Part shown: positions 37,091-46,259 of the stretch, one piece after another | How the letters are laid out: every line of letters begins with the position of its first letter | Numbering within the stretch: the stretch's first letter is position 1 | IMG/VR virus record: IMGVR_UViG_3300032335_001026 | Coordinates: 1-53,984 of that record | Source of the DNA: a virus | Lineage: Duplodnaviria > Caudoviricetes | Strand: one strand, 5' to 3' | Length of the DNA stretch: 53,984 nucleotides | Notes under the pieces: model-generated | What the model was told of the DNA's origin: nothing | What the model saw: only the letters and a program-made list of their open reading frames with translations | The model's database searches: none | Translations under genes and position numbers: made by a program

Positions 37091-38005
37091 TCAGCGAGCT
37101 GAGTTGCGGTCGTAGTCCTGATACGCCTTCAGGTAGCGCTTGCGAGCGACAGGGTCGTCCCAAACACCAGCGTCCACCATAGCCTGTTTGCGTGCCGGTG
37201 TCACTACTACTTCGTTCTTGGTGCTCGGCGGCGCATATTCGCGGCTGCTGCCGGTCGGCGGGGCCTTGCGCTTGCGCGCAGGTGCCTCGTCCCCGTCACC
37301 GATGCGGTTGGCGACGCGGCGCGTCAGCTCGTGCCAATACTCCTCGCTCGCCGGGTTCCAGCCCTCGCGGGCCAGAGCGTTGTCGATCGCCTTGGTGATG
37401 GCGCTGTCCTCGTCGCGGCCCTGCGGGTCGTACCACGAGTTGGCCGACAGCCACTGCTGCGCGTAGTTCGTGACGCGCGGGTCGGCGCGCGGCGCGGTCG
37501 CCTCCTTGGCGGCGGCCTCGAAGCGATCCTTGTACGCAGAAAGCTGCGCGGCGCGCTCCTTGGCCTCGTCGCGGATGCGCAGGGCAGTCGCCACGTCGTC
37601 GCCGTTGCCGGCCTCAATCGCGCGGGCCATGATCTGCTCGGCCTGCCGAGCCTCGCCCAGCGCCTGCTGCAGTTGCTGCTGCACGCCGGCCGCGTTCTGC
37701 GTCAGCGTGTTGCCCTCGACCGCAGCCATGCGGCGCATGAGTTCCGCGTTCTGCTCGCGCAAATACGCCAGCTCCTGCTGCGAGCGCTCCTTGGCCACCT
37801 TCTGCAACTGGCGGCGCTTGGTGCGGCTGTCGCGGTTCTTCTTCGTCTTATCGACGATCTCGTCCTCGGAGTCGTCCTCGGACTCGCCCATGCGACTGTC
37901 GTCATCGTCATCGTCGTCATGCACCTCGGTCTGATCGACCTGCTCGGTGTCGTCGGTCTCGATGGCGACGATATCGTCGTCCTTTTCGTCTACTGTATCA
38001 GCCAT
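37091..38005 (-). CDS. Scaffolding protein
   Basis: Acidic N-terminus, coiled coil, W...N.WY; position. Confidence 0.75.
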   Translation of the reverse strand: MADTVDEKDDDIVAIETDDTEQVDQTEVHDDDDDDDSRMGESEDDSEDEIVDKTKKNRDSRTKRRQLQKVAKERSQQELAYLREQNAELMRRMAAVEGNTLTQNAAGVQQQLQQALGEARQAEQIMARAIEAGNGDDVATALRIRDEAKERAAQLSAYKDRFEAAAKEATAPRADPRVTNYAQQWLSANSWYDPQGRDEDSAITKAIDNALAREGWNPASEEYWHELTRRVANRIGDGDEAPARKRKAPPTGSSREYAPPSTKNEVVVTPARKQAMVDAGVWDDPVARKRYLKAYQDYDRNSAR

Positions 38006-38030
38006 GATCGGCTCCTTTCAGCCTTATGGA

Positions 38031-38477
38031 TCAGACGAACGACTTCATCGCGAGCGGGTCGCCCGTGACTACGCCGATCAGATCCAGATCGTTGAGAATG
38101 ACGAAGATCACTTCCTGATCGTCGTCGATTTTGACCGTCCACTTGTCACCGCCGTACTTGGGGACGCGGACGAAGTCCCCCGGCGTTGCCCACGAACCCT
38201 CGGGCCACGGCTCTTGGGTGTTGCGGTTCTTGAAGGCGAGGTCGCCGATCGCCACGACTTTGGCGACCTGCGTGTTCCACGTCTCGGTGTCCTTGGTGTC
38301 GCCCGTCAGGATGATGCCGCCGGCCGTCTTCTTCTTGGCCAGACGGACTTGGCACAGCACGCGGCTGCCGAAGGGCTTCACGCCCGGGTCAACGGCCGGA
38401 AAGGCCTCGTCGATGCTGCTGTACGCAAACTGCACTTTGTTCATGGTGTAGTCTTGCACGGGTGCTCCTCCGCTCAA
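38031..38477 (-). CDS. groES: GroES-like co-chaperonin (start uncertain: 38477, 38459 or 38444)
   Basis: KPFGSRVL...KTAGGIIL...AKVVAIG...GDFV..PKYGG...ILND.D. Confidence 0.85.
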   Translation of the reverse strand: MSGGAPVQDYTMNKVQFAYSSIDEAFPAVDPGVKPFGSRVLCQVRLAKKKTAGGIILTGDTKDTETWNTQVAKVVAIGDLAFKNRNTQEPWPEGSWATPGDFVRVPKYGGDKWTVKIDDDQEVIFVILNDLDLIGVVTGDPLAMKSFV

Positions 38478-38481
38478 GTGG

Positions 38482-38676
38482 TTAGAGATTATAGTCTTTT
38501 CGCTCTTTCTCCGCGACCGTGTCGATCAACACGTTCTTGGCCAGCTCAAGACCGGCGTACATGCCGACGACCTTCCCATACTCGAAGAGGTCGCGGCCTT
38601 GAGGCTGCTCCAGCGCATCGCGTGCCAGATCGGCCTGCGATTGCTCCAGTCGCTGCAGCAGAACCTCAATCCTCAT
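38482..38676 (-). CDS. Small hypothetical protein
   Basis: EYGKVVGMYAGL; sits between portal and GroES. Confidence 0.75.
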   Translation of the reverse strand: MRIEVLLQRLEQSQADLARDALEQPQGRDLFEYGKVVGMYAGLELAKNVLIDTVAEKERKDYNL

Positions 38677-38810
38677 GCAGGCGTCTTCGGCGGGTTCTTG
38701 CCGCCCATCGCGCCCTTGCCAGCGCCGGTCTCGGCGGCTTCGCCCATCGCCAGACGCTTGTGCATCTTGATGCCGTCGTTGCCGACGGTCTTGCCCTTGG
38801 TGTCGTTCAT
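38673..38810 (-). CDS. Small basic protein (45 aa, not in the ORF track)
   Basis: MNDTKGK...MHKRLAMG; GAGGAG RBS; ATGA coupling. Confidence 0.65.
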   Translation of the reverse strand: MNDTKGKTVGNDGIKMHKRLAMGEAAETGAGKGAMGGKNPPKTPA

Positions 38811-38823
38811 CTCGGTCTCCTCG

Positions 38824-41415
38824 TTACGGGTTGATGCCGGTGCCGGTGCTGACGCCGAAGCGCTCGCCCGTCTCGACCTCCAGTTTGGCCAGCTCCATGG
38901 CCGTCAGGTTGTCCTGCGTGTTCATCGCCTGACGCACCTGCATCTCGGCCTGCTTGCGCTGGTTCTCCTGCTGCTCGACCGCCATGTCCCCGGCGAGACG
39001 CGCCTGCTCCTGCTGCGCGTCGAGCTGGATCTTGGCCTGATCGATCTGGAGCTTGGCCTGATCGATCTGGGCCTGCTGCTGCGTCTTGGCCACATCGAGC
39101 TGGAGCTTGGCCTGATTGGTCTGGGCCTGTTGCTGCGTTTTCGCCGCGTCGAGCTGCATGCGCTGCGCGTCCGACTGGGCGCGCTGCTGGATCTGCTGCG
39201 CCTGCAGCTTGAGCTGCTCCATGGCTGCCTGCGTGTTCGGATCCATGGGCGGCTGCGGTGCGAGCGACTGCATGACCTGCTGCGCCTGCTGGATGACGGG
39301 CGGCAGCGAGGCGAACACGTTGCCGGCCTGCTGCACCACCGTCTGCGAGGCCTCGGCCAGCATGGCGTCGAAGGCGCGCTTGTCGTCCGGATCCTTGATC
39401 GCCTTCAGCACGTCGCCGATGTCCTCGCCCGTGGCCTCGGTGCCCAGCTCGAAAACGCTGTAGGCGTACCACGACGCGAGGTGATCCTTGATGTGGTTCA
39501 GGATCGCCGGCAGGTACGTCGGCGCGATCAGCGGGTTCATGCCCAGTGCCGGCGAGAGCATGTAGGCGAGGTGCGTCTTGAGGTGGGCGATGTGATCCTG
39601 CTCGGGGAAGACCACGATCGGCTGGCCCATGGTCGCAGCGACGTTCTCGTTGACCGCGTTGCGCTCCTTGGGCTCCACCGCCGGGTTCAGCAGCTCCTTA
39701 GCGTTGGGGATTTTGAGCGTGTCGAGGATGCGCTCCTCGACCTTGCGCAGGTTGTAGAGCTGCGGCAACTGCGCGGCGCGCTGCGCCACGGCCTGCACCT
39801 GCGCGAAGCGCTGCGCCTCGCTGAAGATGTTCGGGTCGCTGACCGGCACCACGTCGAGCGGGCCTTCGAAGTCGGCGCGCGTGGCCAGCTCCTCGCCCAG
39901 CTCGGCGTCCGTGTCCTCGTCGTCGAGGTACATGGCGTTGAGGCGGTGCAGGATGGCCAGCAGCTTGGCCATGGCGTTGTGCAGGCGCGCGTGGATGGCG
40001 CTGAACACGACCATGCCCTGCTCGATCTTGGCGAGCGTGGTGCCGACCGGCGCGTTGGCGTTGCCGTCGGCAATGTCCTCCATGCTGGTGCGGATGACGC
40101 CCTTGCCCGCGTCAACCAAGAAGCCCAGCAGCGAGAACAGCACGGGCGACGGCTGGTTGTACGGCAGCGGCATGATCAGCTTGCGGATGTCATCCGCCGC
40201 CATGCCGCCCTCGATCTCCATCACCTGCGTCGGCTGGATCTCGAGGCTCTGCCCGCCCTTGCTGCCGCCCTTGAGCTTGAGCATGGTCTGGCTGTTGCTG
40301 ATGTGCGCGCTGTCGAGCAGAGCGCGCAGCGCGCCGGTCGCGGCGGCCGCCAGCCCGCCGACCATGTGCGGCAGGCCGATCGGGTACGCGCCGCGCCACG
40401 GCACGAAGGGGAACTCGACGAACCACTGCAGCTCTTCTTGCGCCTCGTCCAGCTCGTCCCAGTTGCGGTAGATCGCCAGCACCTTGCCGCTCGGCTTGTC
40501 GATGCTGATGATGTACGGCAGCGCCTCGTCGTCCTCGATCGCGGCGATGGTATGCACCTCGTAGACGGTGCGCAGCCCGTCTTCGTTGTAGGACGTTTCC
40601 TCGCGGCCCTCGATCTTGTTGTTCGCCTTCTCGGCGACGCTGTACTCGGGCTCCATGCTGACCGGGCCGAGATCCACGTCGCGGTACATGCCGCTCTTGA
40701 CGCGGCGCTGGTAGTCCACGGCGGTGAGGTACTGGACGTGCGTCTTGCGCTGCGCGGTGTAGAAATTGGTCGCGGCGAACGGCAGGTACAGGTCGTCGAT
40801 CGCGACGAACAGGAACTCCGGCCGGTTGCGGTCTTCCTTCCACGTCACCTTCATGTACTGCGCGCCGCCGAGCGGCACCTGCGTCAGGAGCTGCTCCAGC
40901 TCGGCGCGGAACTCGCTGCTCTGCACGGTGAGCTGCCAGTTCATGAAGGCGGTCTTGCGCTTGGCCTTCTTGACCTTGTCGCCGTCCGGCTCGCCGGGGA
41001 TGAAGTCCTTGACTGGCCCCTGCGGCGGGAACAGCTCCTTGATGGCGCGGGCAGCGAAGTCCACGCACGCCTCGGTCAGCATCGGGTGGACGACCTTGGT
41101 CGCGCCGTTGAACTGCGCGCCGCCGGGCGCGTCGTCGCCCAGCCCGGTGCGGCGCAGGCCCTCCTCGTACTGCTCGTCGCGCTTCTTGCGCGCCTCTTTG
41201 TCTTTGCCGATCAGGTCAAGGTACGACTGCGCCAGCGTCTGCAGCTCGCTCTCGGGCATGGTCTCGGCCAAGTTGGCGAGGAAGTCCTCGGAGCGCGGCT
41301 CCTCCTCGTCGTCGTCCATACGGACGATGGCACCGCCGTCCGGCGTGTCGATCACGTCCTCGTCGTCGGCCTCGCCCAGATCCACGGTCTCGGGCATCTC
41401 GTCATCGTCTTCCAT
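38824..41415 (-). CDS. Portal protein
   Basis: VVHPMLTEACVDFAARAIKELFP, APVGTTLA.IEQG, VSDPNIFS, Q-rich C-terminal barrel; follows TerL. Confidence 0.9.
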   Translation of the reverse strand: MEDDDEMPETVDLGEADDEDVIDTPDGGAIVRMDDDEEEPRSEDFLANLAETMPESELQTLAQSYLDLIGKDKEARKKRDEQYEEGLRRTGLGDDAPGGAQFNGATKVVHPMLTEACVDFAARAIKELFPPQGPVKDFIPGEPDGDKVKKAKRKTAFMNWQLTVQSSEFRAELEQLLTQVPLGGAQYMKVTWKEDRNRPEFLFVAIDDLYLPFAATNFYTAQRKTHVQYLTAVDYQRRVKSGMYRDVDLGPVSMEPEYSVAEKANNKIEGREETSYNEDGLRTVYEVHTIAAIEDDEALPYIISIDKPSGKVLAIYRNWDELDEAQEELQWFVEFPFVPWRGAYPIGLPHMVGGLAAAATGALRALLDSAHISNSQTMLKLKGGSKGGQSLEIQPTQVMEIEGGMAADDIRKLIMPLPYNQPSPVLFSLLGFLVDAGKGVIRTSMEDIADGNANAPVGTTLAKIEQGMVVFSAIHARLHNAMAKLLAILHRLNAMYLDDEDTDAELGEELATRADFEGPLDVVPVSDPNIFSEAQRFAQVQAVAQRAAQLPQLYNLRKVEERILDTLKIPNAKELLNPAVEPKERNAVNENVAATMGQPIVVFPEQDHIAHLKTHLAYMLSPALGMNPLIAPTYLPAILNHIKDHLASWYAYSVFELGTEATGEDIGDVLKAIKDPDDKRAFDAMLAEASQTVVQQAGNVFASLPPVIQQAQQVMQSLAPQPPMDPNTQAAMEQLKLQAQQIQQRAQSDAQRMQLDAAKTQQQAQTNQAKLQLDVAKTQQQAQIDQAKLQIDQAKIQLDAQQEQARLAGDMAVEQQENQRKQAEMQVRQAMNTQDNLTAMELAKLEVETGERFGVSTGTGINP

Positions 41416-41423
41416 GCCCGCTC

Positions 41424-41679
41424 CTATGCAGCGTACGGTTCATCTTTTTCGGCTTGTACACCATGATTATCGTGAAAGCCATACTGGGCTTCCGCCGCCT
41501 TGCGGGCCGCTATAGCGGTAGCCCCCGAAAGCGGCGGTGAACGCTTCAGTGTCAGCGTACCGCGTGTTCCAGTGTGTTGGCATGCTTGGGTGTTCACGCC
41601 AGTACAGCTTGCCGGTTTCAGGCTCGTAACGCAGCCGTTGACGCAAGTGCTCGACGGGCGGTAGTGGTTTGGCAGCCAT
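41424..41679 (-). pseudogene. Internally deleted HNH-AP2 homing endonuclease remnant
   Basis: N-terminus LRQRLRYEPETGKLYW..WNTRYA joined out of frame to AIAARKAAEAQYGFHDNHG; HNH core absent. Confidence 0.75.
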
Positions 41680-41752
41680 GGTCAGCAGTCCTTTTGCTGG
41701 TGTGGTCAGAGCCGGTGCCGCTGCTCGAACAGCGCCCGGCTCGCCCAGTTTA

Positions 41753-43213
41753 CTACACGCTGTACGGATTGACCACTGGCTTCGGTGGCGGCCCGGACGG
41801 CTCATCTTTGCGCGCCATGATCGGTTCGAGCAGCCGTTTGTCCATCATCAGCCTGAGCGCCTGCGAACAGGCATCGACATGATCATCATGCTTGATGCTG
41901 CCGGGGCCGGTGTAGCTGCACAGTTGGTGCAGCAGCGGATCGACCCAGTTGCGCGGCCGGCCGGGGTTCTTGGCGCTCTCGGGCAGCCAGACCATCTTGC
42001 GTGCGAAGATCGGCGAGACGATGTGCAGCCGGGTCAGCTTGTCGGCGCGGCCGGGGTTGTAGGCGTAGGCCTCAATGCCCTCGCGTTCGAGCATCTGGCG
42101 CAGGCTGATGCCTGAGCCCTTGTCCTCGATCAGCAGGATGTCGGGCTTGCGGCCGGACGTGAGCGGCTTGGATGAGCCGAACAGCGGCTTGATCACGGCC
42201 GCGTCGTCGTCGTCGCCGTAGCTGACGTTCATCTCCCTGCGCACCCGGCGGATCAGGTCGGGCATGCCGAGGTGGTCGTCCCAGCAGTCGAGCAACATCA
42301 CGTTGTTGCGCTTCTCGTGGTGGAAGACACCCCACACGCTGCACGCCGTCGGGTCTGGGTCGCCGCTCCGTTTGTCCATGGTCTTCTCGGTGAAGGCCGT
42401 GTCGAGCGACATGACCACCAGATCGAAGCGCGGCAGCGGCTTGTCGTGCGGCCAGAGGCGGAACTGCGATCGTTTGACGATGCCGCTCTCCTCCGGGTCG
42501 ATCAGCTCCCCGAACAGCTCCTGCCGGCCCAGCGTCGTGCCCTCGTACTGGGCGAGCTGGTCGAAGAAGCTGTCGGGCAGGTTGGCCCGGTTGTCGTATG
42601 TCGAGCCGGCGACGATCACGCGCCCGGCCTTCGGCGCGACCAGCCGGCGCACCAGTTCCTTCGGCTTGGGCGTCGTCGTCCACAGCGCCTGCGGGCGCGG
42701 GCCGAGGCGCAGGCCCATCATCGCCATGTCCCACACGTCGTCGTACATCCACGCCGCCAGCTCGTCGCACCAGATGCGCGTGTGCTGCGGCCCGCGCAGC
42801 CGCTCGGGCTTCTCGGCGGTGAAGCCCCTGATCGAGGTGACGCCGCCCGTGACGTTGTACATCTCGATCACGAGGTCGGTCTTGTTGTAGTTTTTTACTA
42901 GTGCCGGCGGGATGACGGACAGCAGGCCGCTCTCACCTTCGAAGCAGGTGAATTTCACGTCCTGATAGGTGGGCGCGATCACGGCCGCGTCGAAGCCGGC
43001 GGCGTCGAGGTAGGTCGCGCGGCCCAGCCACTCTGCGCCGACGCGGGTCTTGCCGAAGCCGCGCCCTGCCAGATAGCCCATCTCCACGAACCCGCCCGGA
43101 GACACCAGCTCGGGGATCTGGTTGGCGCGGGCCGTCTGCGCCCAGCGGTGCTGCCACAGGGCGAACGCCTGCTGCTGGGGCGACAGCGTCTGCAGGATGG
43201 CTGCGGCCGTCAC
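41753..43213 (-). CDS. terL: Terminase large subunit
   Basis: AGRGFGKT, LRGPQ, WCDE, TTTPK, SLDTAF, IEDKGSG, HDDHVDA. Confidence 0.95.
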   Translation of the reverse strand: MTAAAILQTLSPQQQAFALWQHRWAQTARANQIPELVSPGGFVEMGYLAGRGFGKTRVGAEWLGRATYLDAAGFDAAVIAPTYQDVKFTCFEGESGLLSVIPPALVKNYNKTDLVIEMYNVTGGVTSIRGFTAEKPERLRGPQHTRIWCDELAAWMYDDVWDMAMMGLRLGPRPQALWTTTPKPKELVRRLVAPKAGRVIVAGSTYDNRANLPDSFFDQLAQYEGTTLGRQELFGELIDPEESGIVKRSQFRLWPHDKPLPRFDLVVMSLDTAFTEKTMDKRSGDPDPTACSVWGVFHHEKRNNVMLLDCWDDHLGMPDLIRRVRREMNVSYGDDDDAAVIKPLFGSSKPLTSGRKPDILLIEDKGSGISLRQMLEREGIEAYAYNPGRADKLTRLHIVSPIFARKMVWLPESAKNPGRPRNWVDPLLHQLCSYTGPGSIKHDDHVDACSQALRLMMDKRLLEPIMARKDEPSGPPPKPVVNPYSV

Positions 43214-43674
43214 TTGCCCCGATCGGCGGCCTGCTTCAGCAGCACCTCGGTCAGCTCGCGCATGGCGTCAGGCGCTGCGCCCACCGCCTCGGTCTTGATC
43301 GCGCCGCCGTCCGGGCCTGTCAGCTCGGTCTGCTGCTTGCTGCCGTATTTCTTCGGGTTCCAGCACGCCAGCAGCTTCAGGCGCGTCTCGACCTGCGCCC
43401 GCTTCCACTGGACGTGACCCGGATCGACACGACCCTCGACGCGCGCCGGCTCCTCGTCGATCAGGGCGAGGGCCTGCTCGGCGAGGGCGTCAGTACCCAC
43501 GTCGCGCGCCTGCGCGTACGCGACCGCCAACGCTTCGTCTGCGGCGACCCATTTGCCCCAGTTGACCGGATGGAAATCCAGCTCACGGCCGAGTGCCGCC
43601 AGCGTCTCGCCGTGCGCGAGGCGCGTCAGCACCTGCTCGATCAGCTCGGGCTTCTTCTTCGACGGGTACGGCAT
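43210..43674 (-). CDS. terS: Terminase small subunit
   Basis: LAHGETL...YAQAR, R.KLLA.WNPKKYG, TGPDGG; directly upstream of TerL. Confidence 0.85.
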   Translation of the reverse strand: MPYPSKKKPELIEQVLTRLAHGETLAALGRELDFHPVNWGKWVAADEALAVAYAQARDVGTDALAEQALALIDEEPARVEGRVDPGHVQWKRAQVETRLKLLACWNPKKYGSKQQTELTGPDGGAIKTEAVGAAPDAMRELTEVLLKQAADRGK

Positions 43675-43725
43675 CAGGGTCGCTCCTTCCTGCACGGAAA
43701 TAACACCCAGCCGCCCGAACGACAA

Positions 43726-43747
43726 GGGGCGGCACTGCGGCCGCCCC
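43726..43747 (-). terminator. Conserved GC hairpin after an early gene
   Basis: ggggcggc-N6-gccgcccc; further copies at 44118-44139 and 45546-45567. Confidence 0.6.
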
Positions 43748-43754
43748 GTGCTGA

Positions 43755-44051
43755 TCAGCGGCCGATGTTGGTGATGCCGCCGCGAGGGCCGACCTGAACG
43801 TGAGCGGTGTCGCGGGCGAAGATGGAGGCCAGCGTGCCTTCGTCGTTGGGGAGACCGGCTTCGACGTACAGCGTGACGTAGTTGTTGTTGCTGTACCGGC
43901 TGATTTCGAGCTTCTTGATCTCTTTGCGGTCGCCAACGGTCTTTGTGATGACACGCTCTGCTGCCTTGCGCTGAGCAGGAGCAAGATCGTCGAGCGAAAC
44001 AACCTTGGTAGCAGCGGCCATTTCAGCGAGGAGGGTGTCGAGGTCGGTCAT
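43755..44051 (-). CDS. Early hypothetical protein
   Basis: Behind a promoter repeat; C-terminal VGPRGG. Confidence 0.75.
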   Translation of the reverse strand: MTDLDTLLAEMAAATKVVSLDDLAPAQRKAAERVITKTVGDRKEIKKLEISRYSNNNYVTLYVEAGLPNDEGTLASIFARDTAHVQVGPRGGITNIGR

Positions 44052-44116
44052 TGGGTGTCTCCGTTTGTTGATAATTGCTTCTCTCACATGCAACGCACCG
44101 TTGCAAGCACTATTTT
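44052..44116 (-). promoter_or_regulatory. Early promoter/operator repeat copy
   Basis: Perfect TGCAAC-N5-GTTGCA; 39 bp identical to 44367-44405. Confidence 0.8.
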
Positions 44117-44146
44117 CGGGGCGGCACTGTGGCCGCCCCGATCGGC

Positions 44147-44341
44147 TCAGGCTTTGCGGGCCGCACGCTCGCGCAGGTAGCGGCGGATGTTCTTGAGGCG
44201 GCGCTCGAGGCGGTAGGCAGCGCCGTCAGCTTCGAGGTGGGCGTCGCGGCGGGCGACGTAGGCCGGATTGCTTTCGAGAGCTGCCTTCTCGGCGTAGAAG
44301 GTGGCGATGGTGGCGGCGGTGCGGGTGGAGTAGATGGTCAT
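44147..44341 (-). CDS. Early hypothetical protein
   Basis: Behind a promoter repeat with AAGGAG RBS. Confidence 0.7.
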   Translation of the reverse strand: MTIYSTRTAATIATFYAEKAALESNPAYVARRDAHLEADGAAYRLERRLKNIRRYLRERAARKA

Positions 44342-44405
44342 GTGCGTTGCTCCTTGTTGATGACCTCTTCTCTCACATGCAACGCACCGTTGCAAGCACT
44401 ATTTT
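44342..44405 (-). promoter_or_regulatory. Early promoter/operator repeat copy
   Basis: AAAATAG..TTGCAAC-N5-GTTGCA. Confidence 0.8.
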
Positions 44406-44479
44406 ACGAGGTGCAGCACGAGGCGCTGCAGCATCTGCAGCACGACGCATCATGCTGCATCATCGGCTTCCGGGGCTGA

Positions 44480-45058
44480 TCAACACAGCCACACACGCTC
44501 GCCCTCGATCCGCACCCGCCCGATCTCGGCCAGCCCCCTGATCGCCCTGACGACCGACTGGCGGCGCGTGTCGCGCTTGCCGCCCTTGCCGGCAGGCAAC
44601 TTGCCCACGGCCCTCGCCACCACGTCTGAGAGGGCCGCAACGTCGGCCACGAGGGCCATCTCCCCCACGGCGTCCAGCACCGCCCCCTCGTTCGCCCCGA
44701 CGTGGGGCTGCTTCACCTTCTCGACCTTGACCGGCAGCGCCGCGATCTGCTCCTGCGTCTTCCACGCATTGGCCATGCTCGTGGTGAAGCCGTAGCGATG
44801 CGCCGGGCAGCAGCGCGTCAGGTGTGGCGAGGCCATCCACTGATGCACCTCCTTGGTCGTGATGAAATACTCCTCACAGACCGCGCAGACCGCCTCCAGA
44901 TCCACGAACAGATGGAACTTGCCCCTCCGCTGAAACGGACGAACGGCGACCACCTCATACGCCTGCTCGATGTCCGGCAGGACGCACCTATCCCCGACGG
45001 CCCATCGCCCACCTTTGTGATCCTCGATGAACGCCTTCACCTCATCCGCGTTTGTCAT
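44480..45058 (-). CDS. Zn-finger plus winged-helix protein, candidate origin-binding factor
   Basis: CAVC...CCPAH; C-terminal GKRDTRRQSVVRAI matches primase-helicase GKRDIRRQSVVRAI. Confidence 0.75.
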   Translation of the reverse strand: MTNADEVKAFIEDHKGGRWAVGDRCVLPDIEQAYEVVAVRPFQRRGKFHLFVDLEAVCAVCEEYFITTKEVHQWMASPHLTRCCPAHRYGFTTSMANAWKTQEQIAALPVKVEKVKQPHVGANEGAVLDAVGEMALVADVAALSDVVARAVGKLPAGKGGKRDTRRQSVVRAIRGLAEIGRVRIEGERVWLC

Positions 45059-45129
45059 ATCAATCTCCTCTCAGCGCACCATACCCCAGCGCAACGGGGC
45101 GTGCAACACAACTCTACGCACCACTTTAC

Positions 45130-45277
45130 TTGCACCACGCAGCATGCATCATCAACTTGGAAAAGAAGGTTAAGTGATGATGCATGCTGCACGTTGCAGA
45201 CTGCACCATACATCATGACGCATCATGCTGCTAATGCTGCATGCTGCAGGGGGACGTAAAAAAATGCAGATGCTGCA
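45130..45277. repeat. GCATCATGCTGC-type iteron/palindrome cluster, candidate origin
   Basis: 16-bp inverted repeat 45139-45154/45175-45190; 15-bp direct repeat 44444-44458/45217-45231. Confidence 0.7.
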
Positions 45278-45349
45278 AAATAGGGGTTGCAACGCCACGT
45301 TGGGTATGCGAGAAGAGGTCATCAGCAACGACCAACCGGAGACACCGAC
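45277..45349 (+). promoter_or_regulatory. Early promoter/operator repeat copy
   Basis: AAAATAGGGGTTGCAAC-N5-GTTG, CATCAGCAAC, GGAGAC. Confidence 0.75.
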
Positions 45350-45535
45350 ATGGCCAAGCCAGCCGCCACTTTTGCCGAAATAGAAGCATGGTTGATCGAA
45401 GACGCGGGGGACATTGCCGACCGCCTTGAGCGCGCTGGTGTAACGCGCCAGTTTGGAGTTTTGGACAGCATCGTCAAGGTTCAGCTTGATGAGTACCGCG
45501 CTGAGTATCTTCGTAACTTCAACGTCACCTACTGA
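45350..45535 (+). CDS. Early hypothetical protein
   Basis: ATG after GGAGA RBS. Confidence 0.7.
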   Translation: MAKPAATFAEIEAWLIEDAGDIADRLERAGVTRQFGVLDSIVKVQLDEYRAEYLRNFNVTY

Positions 45536-45583
45536 CCAGCAACCGGGGGCGGCCACCGCGCCGCCCCACCAACAGGAGATCAA

Positions 45584-45760
45584 ATGATGGACGACTACAC
45601 CGCAACGGGCCTCGCCGAAGGCTTCATCGAGGCTGACGACGAGCAGCAGATCATCGACGCGTGGCAGCACCTGCACGACACCGGGCTGGCCTACCGCCTG
45701 AACGACTGGTTCGGCCGCACGGCGCAGGACATGATCGCGCAGGGGGTCATCAGCGAATGA
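45584..45760 (+). CDS. Small acidic early protein (DUF7417-like), not in the ORF track
   Basis: IIDAWQHLHDTGLAYRL..WFGRTA..MI..G; AGGAG RBS. Confidence 0.7.
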   Translation: MMDDYTATGLAEGFIEADDEQQIIDAWQHLHDTGLAYRLNDWFGRTAQDMIAQGVISE

Positions 45761-45978
45761 GCACGCCCTTCACTTTGCGCCGCGTCAAGGACGCATTCAC
45801 CCACCGCTTCGGCCACGGCGGCAGCATCGAGGCCCCGGCCGGCGCTCGCGTCGTGCGCGGCCCTGACGGCCGCCTGTGGGTCGCCCACAGCGTCTTCGCC
45901 AACGCCCTCGATCGGCATGATGCCGAGTATTACGGCGTGCCGGTGGCCGCCGACAACATCACCACGGAGGACTATTGA
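45757..45978 (+). CDS. Early hypothetical protein
   Basis: ATGA coupling; HDAEYYG. Confidence 0.65.
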   Translation: MSTPFTLRRVKDAFTHRFGHGGSIEAPAGARVVRGPDGRLWVAHSVFANALDRHDAEYYGVPVAADNITTEDY

Positions 45979-46184
45979 TGGCCACCCAGCATACGCCAGA
46001 ACGTCTGTGCATGATCACCCCCGACGGTGGCAACGAAACACTTTTCGTCAGCCGCAAGAAGGCCGCCGAGGCCTTGCGAGCTTACCGCCGCAACGGCTTC
46101 GTGCGCCGCGATCAGGACATGCGCTTTTCCTACTGGCTTACCAGCGTTTTTGGCGAGCGCCACCACTTGGACACTTGGGGCTGA
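45978..46184 (+). CDS. Early hypothetical protein
   Basis: GGAGG RBS, TGATG coupling. Confidence 0.65.
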   Translation: MATQHTPERLCMITPDGGNETLFVSRKKAAEALRAYRRNGFVRRDQDMRFSYWLTSVFGERHHLDTWG

Positions 46185-46191
46185 CGCCTGC

Positions 46192-46259
46192 AAAATAGTT
46201 GTTGCAACCTGACGTTCAAAATGCGATGGAAAGTCATCAAGCAACGAGGAGACACCGTC
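46192..46259 (+). promoter_or_regulatory. Early promoter/operator repeat copy
   Basis: AAAATAGTTGTTGCAAC-N5-GTTCAA. Confidence 0.75.

Noticed and set aside
38599-41466. 955-aa plus-strand ORF, and similar long ORFs such as 18372-20255 and 2319-3473
   Set aside because: Antisense shadows of portal, nozzle and polymerase genes in high-GC DNA; no recognisable motifs
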